Source: Spirochaetota bacterium (lineage in GTDB: Bacteria > Spirochaetota > UBA4802 > UBA5550). From it: a DNA stretch of 64,000 nt. Numbering within the stretch: the first letter of the stretch is position 1; every line of letters starts with the position of its first letter. A program made the translations under genes and the position numbers. The notes under the pieces were generated by a model. The model was not told the origin of the DNA. It ran no database searches and saw only the letters and a program-made list of their open reading frames with translations. Positions 1 to 9,772 of this stretch are shown in pieces. The stretch lies in contig JBNKTL010000006.1 in NCBI GenBank assembly GCA_050298055.1, positions 34,851 to 98,850 on the forward strand. The letters are read 5' to 3'.

Positions 1-181
1 TAAAATTATCTACCGATGTTGAAGTGGTCTCTGACCATGAGATAAGCCTCTTTAAGACAATGTGCCTGAAGATCAGCAAACTGAGAATACCCGCCAGCAG
101 CACTCCCGTAAAAAGAAAGTACTTGCCCAGGGTGTTCCCGAAATATTCAAGTTTAAGAATATCTTCTATTCCCGGGAGCAC
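1..181 (-). CDS. N-terminal part of a membrane protein, probably an MscS-family mechanosensitive channel (runs off the window)
   Basis: Hand translation from GTG at 181 (GGAGG RBS upstream): MLPGIEDILKLEYFGNTLGKYFLFTGVLLAG...VLKRLISWSETTSTSVDNF. The FGNT / LKRL..W...T.T..D pattern is typical of MscS N-termini. Confidence 0.55.
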   Translation of the reverse strand, partial: MLPGIEDILKLEYFGNTLGKYFLFTGVLLAGILSLLIFRHIVLKRLISWSETTSTSVDNF

Positions 182-212
182 TTTTCATCCTCCACTGTAA
201 ATTGTTCACCGG

Positions 213-1397
213 CTACCACAGGTTGATAATCCCCCTGTTATAAAGATCTTCAATTTCCGGAACGGAATACCCTGCCCCTTCAAGAAGAGAACGGTTATCA
301 TGCCCCGGAGAATTACCCACTTCACCTGCGTAATATTTTCCCGACGCGTACTTAAGGGGATTTCCCACCTGCCGTATCTCGTTCCCCGAAGAGTTTTTTA
401 TCCTCACAACCATCTCCCTTTCAGAGAGAGGGGGAGATCCCATTGCTTCTTCAAGATCCAGTACCGGTTCAACGCACGCATCGGATTTTCTGAAAATCGC
501 TGTCCACTCATCAAGTCTCTTTTCCGCTATTTTCAGGGCGACCTCATTCTTCATCTCCCGGATACTCTTAACATTCCCCAGCTTCGAATATTCAAACTCC
601 TCAATACCGATTATACTGCAGAATTCCTTAAAAAATTTCTCTTCGATTGGACCCACGGAAAGATACCTGCCGTCGGAAGTTACGTAGTAGTCATAGATAT
701 GACCGCCGTTGAGCAGTGTGGACCCGGCGCCGGGGGCCCTCTCCCCGGCCAGGATACCCGCGGCAGTAGATGCAGCAAGGGAAAAGACAGAATCTGTCAT
801 GGATACATCAATCTTTTCACCGGTTCCTGTGGTTAGCCTTTTAATATAGGCAATGAGAACGGCAATGACCATGTTCATCCCCCCTCCCGCGAGATCGGCG
901 ACCTGGATACCGCTGAGAGCGGGACCCGACTCCTTCTTCCCCGAGAATGAACTGATCCCGGAAAGGGCAAGGTAGTTGATATCATGACCTGCCCTGCCGC
1001 TGCAAGTTCCCGTCTGACCGTACCCGGTAATTGAACAGTAGATCAGGCTGCCGTTGATCTCTCTTAAGCTCTCATAGCCTATCCCCAGCCTCTCCATGAC
1101 ACCCGGCCTGAACTGTTCAATAACAATATCGTAATCCCTGACCAGCCTGTAGACCACTTCCCGGGCCTCCTCCTTTTTAAGGTCCAGCCCCATGAACTTC
1201 TTCCCCCGGTTTAACTGGGCAAAACCCGCCGACAGGGCATCCACAAAGGGAGGAAGCGCCCTGAGCAGGTCGGGGTTCCTGAAATTCTCGATCTTGATTA
1301 TCTCCGCCCCGTGGTCCGCCAACACCATTGTCCCATAGGGCCCGGGAAGGAGGGTGGTAAAGTCGAGGATCTTCATCTTTGAGAGGGGAAATTCCAT
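213..1397 (-). CDS. CaiB/BaiF family III CoA-transferase (AMACR-like)
   Basis: ILDFTTLLPGPY..LAD.GAEIIKIE, LNRGKK, EQFRPGVMERLG, AGHDINYLA motifs. Confidence 0.93.
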   Translation of the reverse strand: MEFPLSKMKILDFTTLLPGPYGTMVLADHGAEIIKIENFRNPDLLRALPPFVDALSAGFAQLNRGKKFMGLDLKKEEAREVVYRLVRDYDIVIEQFRPGVMERLGIGYESLREINGSLIYCSITGYGQTGTCSGRAGHDINYLALSGISSFSGKKESGPALSGIQVADLAGGGMNMVIAVLIAYIKRLTTGTGEKIDVSMTDSVFSLAASTAAGILAGERAPGAGSTLLNGGHIYDYYVTSDGRYLSVGPIEEKFFKEFCSIIGIEEFEYSKLGNVKSIREMKNEVALKIAEKRLDEWTAIFRKSDACVEPVLDLEEAMGSPPLSEREMVVRIKNSSGNEIRQVGNPLKYASGKYYAGEVGNSPGHDNRSLLEGAGYSVPEIEDLYNRGIINLW

Positions 1398-1494
1398 TTC
1401 TTTTTCCTGATTATTCAGAATAATATTTCAGGGCAAAGAGAACAAGCAGTTTTTGTGAAAAGCGGGAACGGGGAGGAAGAGTTGAACGCGAAGA

Positions 1495-1572
1495 AAGACC
1501 CCCTGACCCCCTGAGGGGGCATAAGAAGTTTTTGGTTACTATCTTGCGCCCCCCAGGGGGATGGGGGGCTTA
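1495..1572 (+). repeat. ~78-bp poly-C/poly-G cruciform repeat, family B copy 1
   Basis: AAGACCCCCTGACCCCCTGAGGGGGCATAAGA..TCTTGCGCCCCCCAGGGGGATGGGGGGC; related copies at 12718-12795 (-) and 29683-29770 (+). Confidence 0.8.
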
Positions 1573-1602
1573 AATAAGAAAGATGTGGTAAAGAGAAAAA
1601 AA

Positions 1603-1824
1603 CTACCTTAAAAGAAAAAACAGAACAACCAGTGCCACCGCAATGCCAACCAGGATAATCGGCAGCATGGTGTTCTTTTTCTGGACGTCCTTTTTCCATT
1701 CCCGTGGTGATCCCAGTACATCCGTGGGAGCATCGGGATTGGCGATGGGTTTGCCGCATTTCGGGCACTCCGTTGATGTTTCATAAACCATTTCGCCGCA
1801 GTGAATACATTTTACTTCAGCCAT
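1603..1824 (-). CDS. Small zinc-ribbon protein with C-terminal TM helix
   Basis: CIHCG...CPKCG plus hydrophobic tail; GGAGG RBS before ATG at 1824. Confidence 0.75.
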   Translation of the reverse strand: MAEVKCIHCGEMVYETSTECPKCGKPIANPDAPTDVLGSPREWKKDVQKKNTMLPIILVGIAVALVVLFFLLR

Positions 1825-2014
1825 GGATCCCTCCTTTTCTATCAATCAGTCTTGATACATCTGCTCTGTTAAAACAAAATTCAATTAAGAGAAGTGAGAA
1901 ATAAACACCGGGATTGTGTCCCTGTATGCTAAAAAAAGGGTAAAAAAAAATCAAGTTCTATTTTAAAACTCTCTCTTTGGGGGAAGGGCTCTTTTACATA
2001 AGGGCAAAGATAAA

Positions 2015-2875
2015 TTACAGCCTCTCTATCCGCCCTTTCGCGAGCTTTACCCTCACAGTGTCAATCATGGGATTCTTTGCCGCGGACCGGGTATTGTAGA
2101 CAAGGAAGGGCTTCATAAGCAACCAGTCTACGGTTGAGGATACGGCTTCCCGGGGGCACTTAAGCTGGCATGTGAGACAGAAGATGCAGTTTCCTCCAAA
2201 AACCATCTTCCCGTCATCCCTCCGGCTGATGTTGCCGGTTGGGCACTCCCTGATGCAGCTGCCGCAGTTGTTGCACTTTTTCCCGTCAGCCTTCAGGAAC
2301 CGGCTGTGGATGTTCCTTATCATCCATGGGGAGAAGAAAAGTTTTTCCATCATGTAGACCGGTCCCGGTCTGCTTTGAGTGCCTGAGACCAGGCTGTTTT
2401 TATTCTCAAGTGCATCAACCAGATCATTACCGAATTTTACCGCCCTGTTTTTTTCGGTAAGATCAGGATGGTCCGGTGAGAAGAGGTATCCCTCCCTGAG
2501 ATAGCCGATGAAGAGATCGTCACCGGTATAATGCGCGCAGCCTTTAATATCCGCACCTTTTTTAACAAGGATCTTCTCCAGATAACGGCAGGCATTGAAA
2601 TGATGTGTCCCATACAGAAGAAACAGGGCCACGGGTAATCCATTAAGATTGGGAAAACCGCTTATAATATCAAGAATGTTATATGCGGGCCTGTAGTAAT
2701 AGACAGGAGTACCGATAACCAGGAGGTCATAAGAGAGAAGATCACGGGGCTCATTCTCCTTTATGTTTACATACTCAACACTGAAATTTTTTGACCTGAG
2801 ACCTTCGGCAACACTCTCTGCTATGGCGGCAGTGGTCCCGTGCTGGGAGTAGTATATGATTAATGCTTTCTTCAT
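2015..2875 (-). CDS. EFR1-family ferrodoxin (flavodoxin + 2x[4Fe-4S])
   Basis: YYSQHGTT flavodoxin loop; CNNCGSCIRECP and CIFCLTCQLKCP; start moved to MKKAL. Confidence 0.88.
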   Translation of the reverse strand: MKKALIIYYSQHGTTAAIAESVAEGLRSKNFSVEYVNIKENEPRDLLSYDLLVIGTPVYYYRPAYNILDIISGFPNLNGLPVALFLLYGTHHFNACRYLEKILVKKGADIKGCAHYTGDDLFIGYLREGYLFSPDHPDLTEKNRAVKFGNDLVDALENKNSLVSGTQSRPGPVYMMEKLFFSPWMIRNIHSRFLKADGKKCNNCGSCIRECPTGNISRRDDGKMVFGGNCIFCLTCQLKCPREAVSSTVDWLLMKPFLVYNTRSAAKNPMIDTVRVKLAKGRIERL

Positions 2876-2885
2876 GTAAGTCTCC

Positions 2886-5642
2886 CTAATGATAATCAAG
2901 GACAATAAGAGTAATATCATCATAGAGGCTCTCATGGGGGGCCTTGTTGGCCCAGTTCCTGATCTCAAGAAGCATCTCATCGGCAAATTCATCGACGGGC
3001 CTGTTCCTCAGTTTCAGGGCAAGGTCCGTGAAATTGTTGAAACCGAACATTTCCCCATCGGGACTTCTCTCCTCAATCAGTCCGTCCGTGTAGAAGATGA
3101 TCCTGTCACCCTTCTCAAGCTCCTCTGAGATCTCCTTATACTCAATGTCCTTAAGCCAGCCGAATGGCGTCCCCATGCCTCTCTCGGCTATGACCTCATC
3201 TCTCCCCTCCCTGATAATCAGGATTGGCCAGTGGCCCGCGTTTACGTGACAGATCCTTTTGTTCTTCCTGTCGATCCAGGCATAAACTCCGGTGATGTAG
3301 TTGTCATGCATCTGGCCGAAAAGCGACTGGTTAAGTGAGCAGAAAAGCTCCCCGGGGGAAGTCAGCTTGTCCCTGTTGTAATCGAATGACATCTTGAGCA
3401 TTGTACAGATGATGGCTGATGATATTCCGTGTCCCGATACATCCGCCACAAAAAAACCGGCATTCCTTTTGTCAATATCGATCACATCGTAAAAATCACC
3501 CCCCAGTTCAATCATCGACTTAAACCTCACTGCAAGCTCGAAACCTTCAATATCCGGGATTTTTTTGAGAATGACGGCACTGTGAATTTCATGGGCCATC
3601 TCAAGGTCATGCTTGATAATGCTCAGCTCATTATGATGGATGACTGACTGTTTAAGAGTGACCAGGTTCCTGACCCTTGTTATCAGTTCCTCCCTGTTCA
3701 CCGGTTTTGTCAGGTAGTCATTAGCTCCGAATTCAAGACCGTCCACCAGGTCTTTGAGCCGGGTCCTGGCTGTGAGCATGATGACCGGCAGCTGGTAGGT
3801 GGTGTATTTCTCCCTGATAATACCGCAGACTTCAAATCCCGACATCAGCGGGAGCATGACATCAAGGATAAGACAATCGGGGATCTCCGTCCCCAGGTAG
3901 TCAAGGACCTCCTGCCCGTTTGCAAATGTTCTTACGATATATCCTTCTGACGAGAGTACATTGATGAGAACCTGGAGGTTAACCGGATCATCATCCACTA
4001 CGGCAACTGTTCCCGTGCTCTCCCTGCTGAGTTCTTTCATTTTCGGTGTGTACCTGTTGACAACCTCCCTGTGTATTTCAGCCGGTTTTATTGTTTCTAT
4101 GTCGTGCTCTTCACTGACGGCTTCCCCGTTGACGGGCTTTTCCGCAGCGGGAAGGTAAATTGAGAATTTTGTTCCCACATCCAGCCTGGATTCTACTTCT
4201 ATACTCCCTTCATGAAGTTCAACCAGCTGTTTGGTAACGGCAAGACCCAGTCCTGTTCCCCCGAACCTTCTTGAAACCGATTCATCAGCCTGTTCAAATG
4301 ACTGGAAAACCCTGTTTAAACTCTCCTCCGGTATCCCGATCCCGGTATCGGAAACATGGATAATATTCATATCTCCCGATTGACCCTTCTCTGCCTCAAC
4401 GGTAATACTTCCCTCAATGGTAAATTTCATGGAATTCCCTATGAGGTTTAGCATTATCTGCTGGAGCCTGTTCACATCGGCAAAAACGTAGACCTCTTCC
4501 GGTTTAATCATGTTGTTCAGGACAAGCGCTTTCCCTTCCGCCAGGGGCGCCATTATTGTAAACACCATGGCGATAATAGAGTATATATCAACAGCTTTCC
4601 TGTTGAGGACGATGTCCCTGTTCTTCAGCATGGAGAAGTCAAGGATATCATCCACAAGGGAGGAGAGGCGCCTCCCGCTCTTTACGATAAGATCAAGCTC
4701 ACGGCGAACTTCAGAATCAGACTTATTGGCCGGGTCGCCTGCTATTGATTCAGCCAGTCCTATCATACCATTGAGGGGGGTCCTCAGCTCATGGGATATG
4801 TTCGCCAGGAAGTCGTCCTTCAGTTTGTCCAGCCGGGAGAGTTCCCTGTTGGCATCGACAAGTTCGTTCATCTCCAGGTTGATGGTCCTCACAAGGTGAT
4901 CAAAGGTTATGGCCAGTTTCCCGATCTCATCATTCCTTTTCATGTCCAGGGTGAAGTCCCTTTTCCCTGTTTCTATCCCGCTTACGGCCCTGGTCAGCCT
5001 GTCCAGGGGGCCGGATATTACACGGCTGAAAACAAGACCGAGAAGCCCTACAAGGAAAGCCGCCGTAAGTGTCGCCAGGTAAACAATTTTCCTCATTCGG
5101 TAAACAGGCTTGAGGACCTCATCCCGGGAATAGACGATCCTCCCGAGACAGAGAGGGGGGAGGTTCTCCGGCGCCGCAAGTTCCACGAACTGGTAGAAGA
5201 GATTGTCCGCATCTTTTGTGTATATGATCTCTTTATTTCCCACACGACGAAGCAGGAGAAGCATATTTTCATCAATTCTCTCCGTCCCGGCTTTCCAGGG
5301 TATGTCCTCTTGAAAAGCGGCGGAATTGATCACAATACCGTTATATTTCTTCTTGGATGAAAGGAGAATAATCTCAGTAAACACAACCCCGTCTGACTTC
5401 AGGGGTTTAAGCAAATCAAGTGTTGTCCGGGTATCGATCCGTGAAGCGTCAATATCACCCCCGTTCACCAGGAGGGTATTCATCACTGTGTAGGCGAGGA
5501 GCCGGGTCTGTATCCTGCCCCGCTGCATAACAGACGAGATCTTCTCTTCCTCCTGCTTGAGGAGGATGAAGTAAGAGAGGGGGAATGACGCGAAGATTAT
5601 TACAGTGAGAAGGAGGAGTATCAGCTTATACTTCAGCTTCAT
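2886..5642 (-). CDS. Membrane hybrid sensor: TM-periplasmic-TM-HAMP-HisKA-HATPase-REC-SpoIIE/PP2C phosphatase
   Basis: SHELRTPLNG H-box, NLIGNSMKFT, DTGIG, GTGLGL; VDDD/LDVMLP/KP receiver; GGDFYD, ADVSGHG, NAGH, YTDGL, DDIT phosphatase motifs. Confidence 0.92.
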   Translation of the reverse strand: MKLKYKLILLLLTVIIFASFPLSYFILLKQEEEKISSVMQRGRIQTRLLAYTVMNTLLVNGGDIDASRIDTRTTLDLLKPLKSDGVVFTEIILLSSKKKYNGIVINSAAFQEDIPWKAGTERIDENMLLLLRRVGNKEIIYTKDADNLFYQFVELAAPENLPPLCLGRIVYSRDEVLKPVYRMRKIVYLATLTAAFLVGLLGLVFSRVISGPLDRLTRAVSGIETGKRDFTLDMKRNDEIGKLAITFDHLVRTINLEMNELVDANRELSRLDKLKDDFLANISHELRTPLNGMIGLAESIAGDPANKSDSEVRRELDLIVKSGRRLSSLVDDILDFSMLKNRDIVLNRKAVDIYSIIAMVFTIMAPLAEGKALVLNNMIKPEEVYVFADVNRLQQIMLNLIGNSMKFTIEGSITVEAEKGQSGDMNIIHVSDTGIGIPEESLNRVFQSFEQADESVSRRFGGTGLGLAVTKQLVELHEGSIEVESRLDVGTKFSIYLPAAEKPVNGEAVSEEHDIETIKPAEIHREVVNRYTPKMKELSRESTGTVAVVDDDPVNLQVLINVLSSEGYIVRTFANGQEVLDYLGTEIPDCLILDVMLPLMSGFEVCGIIREKYTTYQLPVIMLTARTRLKDLVDGLEFGANDYLTKPVNREELITRVRNLVTLKQSVIHHNELSIIKHDLEMAHEIHSAVILKKIPDIEGFELAVRFKSMIELGGDFYDVIDIDKRNAGFFVADVSGHGISSAIICTMLKMSFDYNRDKLTSPGELFCSLNQSLFGQMHDNYITGVYAWIDRKNKRICHVNAGHWPILIIREGRDEVIAERGMGTPFGWLKDIEYKEISEELEKGDRIIFYTDGLIEERSPDGEMFGFNNFTDLALKLRNRPVDEFADEMLLEIRNWANKAPHESLYDDITLIVLDYH

Positions 5643-5651
5643 AAGCCGGAC

Positions 5652-6761
5652 CTACCTGAATTTCTCAATAGTGTCCAGATAACGGCGGGCGCGGTTAAGA
5701 TAAAGCCTGGCCTTTTTGTTCTCCGGGTCGATCAGGAGCACCCTGCTGAGAAGCCTGATCGATTTCCTGTATTCCTTTTTGTCAAATGCCCGGATCCCCA
5801 TTGTCTCCAGCTTCAATGCTTCATCCGCGAGGTCCCTGCGAAGTTTTTCCAGCTTTTCCTTTGCAGCCGGGACCTGTTTCTCCCATTTTGACAGAAGGGG
5901 AATTGCCCGGATCGCATTCCCCTCTTCACTGAATTTATCTGCCGTTTCCAAATCTTTTTTTATTTCACCAATAATCTTTATATATTCAGCAGTATCTCTG
6001 AACCCGGTCTTGAGGTCAACAATCTTCTTAAAATATTTACCGGCCTGGTCAATATCCCCTTCGTTATACGATAACACACCGCTGTTATAGAGACCTTCAA
6101 GCTTTTCAAGCTCAGTGAGCGCCTTTCTGGTTTCCTGGAATTTTTTCTTATAAACCGTGGGATAGAAGTTGAAACTGTATCCCGCACCCAGAGTGAAATT
6201 TATATCCCTGAACGGCTCTCCGGAGAGCCGTGACTGCGAGACCAGAACACCCGCCTCCGCAATGATCTCAGGTGTAAAAGAGAACGCTAAACCGGCGGAA
6301 GCCGCAAAACCGGTCTTATAGGTCCTCTCGGTTCGATAGAGCCGGCTGGCCCTGAGAGTGAAGATACTTTCCGTTATGTAGAGACCTCCGGTTAATAAAA
6401 AGTGCCCGTATATCCCGTATCTCAAGACCGGCCCCAGGTAGAGTGAATAGCGGCCGATGTATGATCCGCTGCTCTCCCTGAAACTGTATGATGAATAAGA
6501 AAACATTCCCTGTATGAAGAGGGGGGAGTATATGTCCGTTGATGTCTTCAGGAGAAAAGCCGGTGACGAGTCCAGCTTCTGATCATAGTAACCGTTGAGC
6601 AGGGAGTACCCGCCGGTAGCTTCAACAATGATCCGGCGCAGGGGAGTTTTTTCAGTTTCAGGCAGGGAGTAAGAGAGATCCCCCGATGTTAATAGTATTG
6701 CGGATATATAGAGAAATATATATTTTTTAAACCGAATTCTATCTGTTTTTCTGTCCCTCAT
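5652..6761 (-). CDS. Secreted outer-membrane beta-barrel protein with C-terminal TPR region
   Basis: Signal peptide, alternating aromatic beta-strands ending FTLGAGYSF, then helical TPR-like repeats (VLLIDPENKKARLYL). Confidence 0.65.
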   Translation of the reverse strand: MRDRKTDRIRFKKYIFLYISAILLTSGDLSYSLPETEKTPLRRIIVEATGGYSLLNGYYDQKLDSSPAFLLKTSTDIYSPLFIQGMFSYSSYSFRESSGSYIGRYSLYLGPVLRYGIYGHFLLTGGLYITESIFTLRASRLYRTERTYKTGFAASAGLAFSFTPEIIAEAGVLVSQSRLSGEPFRDINFTLGAGYSFNFYPTVYKKKFQETRKALTELEKLEGLYNSGVLSYNEGDIDQAGKYFKKIVDLKTGFRDTAEYIKIIGEIKKDLETADKFSEEGNAIRAIPLLSKWEKQVPAAKEKLEKLRRDLADEALKLETMGIRAFDKKEYRKSIRLLSRVLLIDPENKKARLYLNRARRYLDTIEKFR

Positions 6762-6862
6762 TCTTAATTTTAAAACTATTCACCATCTCTTTCAATAAAA
6801 AATTGTATTCATTGAGAGCGCAACACATTTTTTACTTTTTGCGCCAACGACACTTTCACTCT

Positions 6863-7843
6863 CTACCAGCAGATGCAGAGAAGCTCCAGAGAGTTATTGC
6901 AATTACGGGTAGTACCGGCTATCCACTCCCCGTCAATCTCGTTCTGCTCACCGGCAAGTCCCTGGTATCCGCTGGTCCCGTCGGTCCAGTTGTTGCATGT
7001 ATTCGCGCTGTTGAAACTGCCGTCTGCGTTTGACCCTGACCACCATGACTGCGATGCGATCCCCGCGTTCAGGAGGTTCATATTAACGGTCCCGTCAAGG
7101 ATATCCGCCCATCTGTACCCGAGAATTTTACCGGTCGTACTTATTATCTCTCCCTTTGCAGGGACATTATAGTTTGCCGTGAAGTTCTTGATACAATCAC
7201 TGCCGGAAAGACTGATAAACGCCCGTATATTGCCGCATGTAAGCCCGGGATTGGCAGCAGTACATATGGCGTCCAGGTCGCTCCTGGCTGAACTTGTAAG
7301 AGGGGATACGAGATCACCTGTCCCGGTACCCGCGGAATAGATAGAGACCGGGTCTGAATCGCCCGATGAACCGTCTGTACTTGTTGTTACCGAAGCCGGA
7401 AGGTACGCTGACATAAGTCCGTCCCTGTCCCGTACCTGTACATTGAAATATACAGTCTCACCGGGACTCAGGCCGGCAATAATGACCGATTTCACATTGC
7501 TTGTCCAGTCCATCACAACTTCACCGTAATCATCGGTACCCACAAGGGTATCAATATCAGCAAGGTTGACCTTGACGATCCTGTACTGGAGAGTGTTGGA
7601 ATCGGTATTGTTATCTGTTGCAGGTACCCAGTCAAGCTTCAGACTGCTGGTTGCTACACCGGAAATATTCAGGAGACCGCTGTTCCCCGGAACAGGTTTA
7701 CTGGCCTCCGTATTTTCCCGGTCAATGACATTGTTAAAATTATCGCCCTCACAGCCGGTTACCGCAAAAAGAGCAATAATGAGTAAGAGGAGCGGGAAAA
7801 CTCCCGTTTTTGTTAAAATCTTCTTTTCTTTTAATTTTCTCAT
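6863..7843 (-). CDS. Lipoprotein with FN3 domain and DUF1554 (endostatin-like, Leptospira Len-type) domain
   Basis: Lipobox AVTGC; FN3 W..A.D...Y / GLSPGETVYFNVQVRD; C-terminal WWSGS..G..NTCNNWT..G..G..W..C...LLCI. Confidence 0.75.
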   Translation of the reverse strand: MRKLKEKKILTKTGVFPLLLLIIALFAVTGCEGDNFNNVIDRENTEASKPVPGNSGLLNISGVATSSLKLDWVPATDNNTDSNTLQYRIVKVNLADIDTLVGTDDYGEVVMDWTSNVKSVIIAGLSPGETVYFNVQVRDRDGLMSAYLPASVTTSTDGSSGDSDPVSIYSAGTGTGDLVSPLTSSARSDLDAICTAANPGLTCGNIRAFISLSGSDCIKNFTANYNVPAKGEIISTTGKILGYRWADILDGTVNMNLLNAGIASQSWWSGSNADGSFNSANTCNNWTDGTSGYQGLAGEQNEIDGEWIAGTTRNCNNSLELLCICW

Positions 7844-8038
7844 TTCTGACCACCAGAATAATATACTAAAATCCGTCCGTCCGGTCAAAAAAAAATAAAA
7901 AAATGAGAAAAAAAAACGTGAATTATTTTTCGGGCAAAAATAATTCACGCCCGCCTGTTGCAGGGGCCCTGCGGGGCTTTTAAGGGGTTTCACCCCTTAG
8001 ACCCCATAAAAAGATATTTAAAATGCACCTGAAAAAAA

Positions 8039-9037
8039 TCAGTTGATAATGCCTGTCTGATAACCGCATTTTTTACATATGCCGGCTTCACAGTTTTTGA
8101 TCCCGGTGAAGTATCCGCTCCTTTCAATGAGGAGGGCCCCGCATGAAGGACAGGCAGTATCATTGCCCTTGTAGCCGGAGGGGATATTGCCGCAGTAGAC
8201 ATAAGAGAGCTTTTTGACCGCCTGGTCACAGACCTTCATCATGAGATCGATATCTGTTGCCGGGGAGTTATACCTGTAGTTGGGATAGTATCGTGATATG
8301 TGCCAGGGGATATTTTTATCAATGGATGAGATAAAATCAATGATCTCCTTCATCTCCTCCAGAGTGTCATTTATTCCGGTTACCAAAAGGGTTGTTATCT
8401 CAATGTGACACCTGCCATGGGCCTGTTCAATTGTTGATGTTACCCCTTCACGTGTTGCTTTCTGGACTTTTTTATATGTTTCGGGATTGAATGCCTTGAG
8501 ATCAATGTTCATGGCATCAGTATACTGAAGAAGTTCATCAAGAGGCTCGGGGTTTATGAACCCGTTGGTAACAAGGACATTCTTCAACCCTCTGTCTGAA
8601 ACAATCCTGGCCGTATCGACCACATATTCGAACCATATTACCGGTTCCGAGTATGTATATGCTACTCCGATGGAGTCTTTCCGGGAGGCAGCCTCCGCTA
8701 TTTCCTCGGGAGAATAGACGGTTGTCCGGGCAGAGAGGTCCTGGGAGATCTGCCAGTTCTGGCAGTAGGGACATTTCATGTTGCAGCCCCTGGTCCCTAT
8801 GGAGAGAATAGATGATGACGGATAGAAGTGGTAGAGGGGCTTCTTCTCAATGGGGTCCATGGCAACCGATGTTAGCTGGCCGTATATTTCGGAGTAGAGT
8901 TTCCCCTTTCTGTTTCTTCTTACTCCGCAGATCCCCGTCCGGTCCTCTGAAATTTTGCAGTTGTGAGGACAGAGCCTGCATTCCACACTGTTACCGTCAC
9001 GCTTTTCATAGTATGAGGCTTCTTTCATCACCGGCAA
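8039..9037 (-). CDS. amrS: AmmeMemoRadiSam system radical SAM enzyme
   Basis: CRLCPHNC..GICGVR, DPIEKKPLYHF, GCNMKCPYCQNWQISQ, YTYSEP, C-terminal CPSCG..C..C. Confidence 0.93.
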   Translation of the reverse strand: MPVMKEASYYEKRDGNSVECRLCPHNCKISEDRTGICGVRRNRKGKLYSEIYGQLTSVAMDPIEKKPLYHFYPSSSILSIGTRGCNMKCPYCQNWQISQDLSARTTVYSPEEIAEAASRKDSIGVAYTYSEPVIWFEYVVDTARIVSDRGLKNVLVTNGFINPEPLDELLQYTDAMNIDLKAFNPETYKKVQKATREGVTSTIEQAHGRCHIEITTLLVTGINDTLEEMKEIIDFISSIDKNIPWHISRYYPNYRYNSPATDIDLMMKVCDQAVKKLSYVYCGNIPSGYKGNDTACPSCGALLIERSGYFTGIKNCEAGICKKCGYQTGIIN

Positions 9038-9067
9038 GCCTTTTCTTTAAGGGATATATTTAATGTA

Positions 9068-9493
9068 TCAGGCAGAATCCTTCACGGCACTTTTTTCTGT
9101 TTTCTGGGCATCGGACTTCTTCTCATAGGGTTTGATCATCTCGCATTTGCCCTCAAAGACAACACCGTCCGCGATTTTAAGTTTTGCGGTCCTGATATTT
9201 CCGTAGAGGGCCCCTGTGGAATGTATCTCCAGTTTCTTGAGCGCCTCAATGTTTCCCCTCACCGTTCCCTGGAGAATGACTGTTTCAGCTTTGATATTGG
9301 CCGTTACATCAGCACCCTCTCCCACAACAAGGTAACCGCCAGAGCTTATCTCGCCCTCGAACTTTCCGTTAATCTGCAGTGACTTTGTAAAGGAAAGGTC
9401 ACCGTAAAATTCGGTGTCGTTCCCGAACACAGTTGCTATCATTCCTATATCGTATACAGGATTTTTGTTAACCTGGATAATCTTCTTCGCCAT
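9068..9493 (-). CDS. Bactofilin (polymer-forming cytoskeletal protein)
   Basis: F.GDLSF...LQING.FEGEI...LVVGEGA.V.ANI...V.GNI...G.L.GNI...I.DG.VFEGKCEM. Confidence 0.9.
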   Translation of the reverse strand: MAKKIIQVNKNPVYDIGMIATVFGNDTEFYGDLSFTKSLQINGKFEGEISSGGYLVVGEGADVTANIKAETVILQGTVRGNIEALKKLEIHSTGALYGNIRTAKLKIADGVVFEGKCEMIKPYEKKSDAQKTEKSAVKDSA

Positions 9494-9515
9494 AAGCTGT
9501 AAAAATACTCCTGAA

Positions 9516-9737
9516 CTATTTAGTCTTCATGACATATACGCCGTCCCAATCTTCAGGCGGCGGGTCTTCTTTAAATTCATTACACCGTTTTAAGTATTCT
9601 TTTGACGGACCGTCACCGGGATCGACCTTCAGTGCCATCTCAAAGGCTTTAATGGCCTCATCCCACTTCATCTGCTTGTATGCAGTGAGCCCGAAATTGT
9701 AGTACTTTAAGACTTCTTCCTTCTCTTTGGTAATCAT
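9516..9737 (-). CDS. Small single-TPR protein ending in PPxDWDGV motif
   Basis: YNFGLTAYKQMKWDEAIKAFEMALKVDPGDGPS...PPEDWDGVYVMKTK; GGAG RBS. Confidence 0.8.
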   Translation of the reverse strand: MITKEKEEVLKYYNFGLTAYKQMKWDEAIKAFEMALKVDPGDGPSKEYLKRCNEFKEDPPPEDWDGVYVMKTK

Positions 9738-9772
9738 ATCTCCTCCCCGAGACTATGAGTTAAAGGGAGCTC

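Noticed and set aside
1415..1768. ORFs crossing repeats (1415-1768, 12436-12759, 18622-18813, 36295-36570, N-extension of 29715-30095, 62946-63179)
   Set aside because: Translations of palindromic or tandem repeat DNA rather than plausible proteins
8039..9037. amrS as maturase for the Cys-rich peptides
   Set aside because: It is a standard AmmeMemoRadiSam enzyme more than 25 kb away, with no RRE/SPASM features or adjacent precursor
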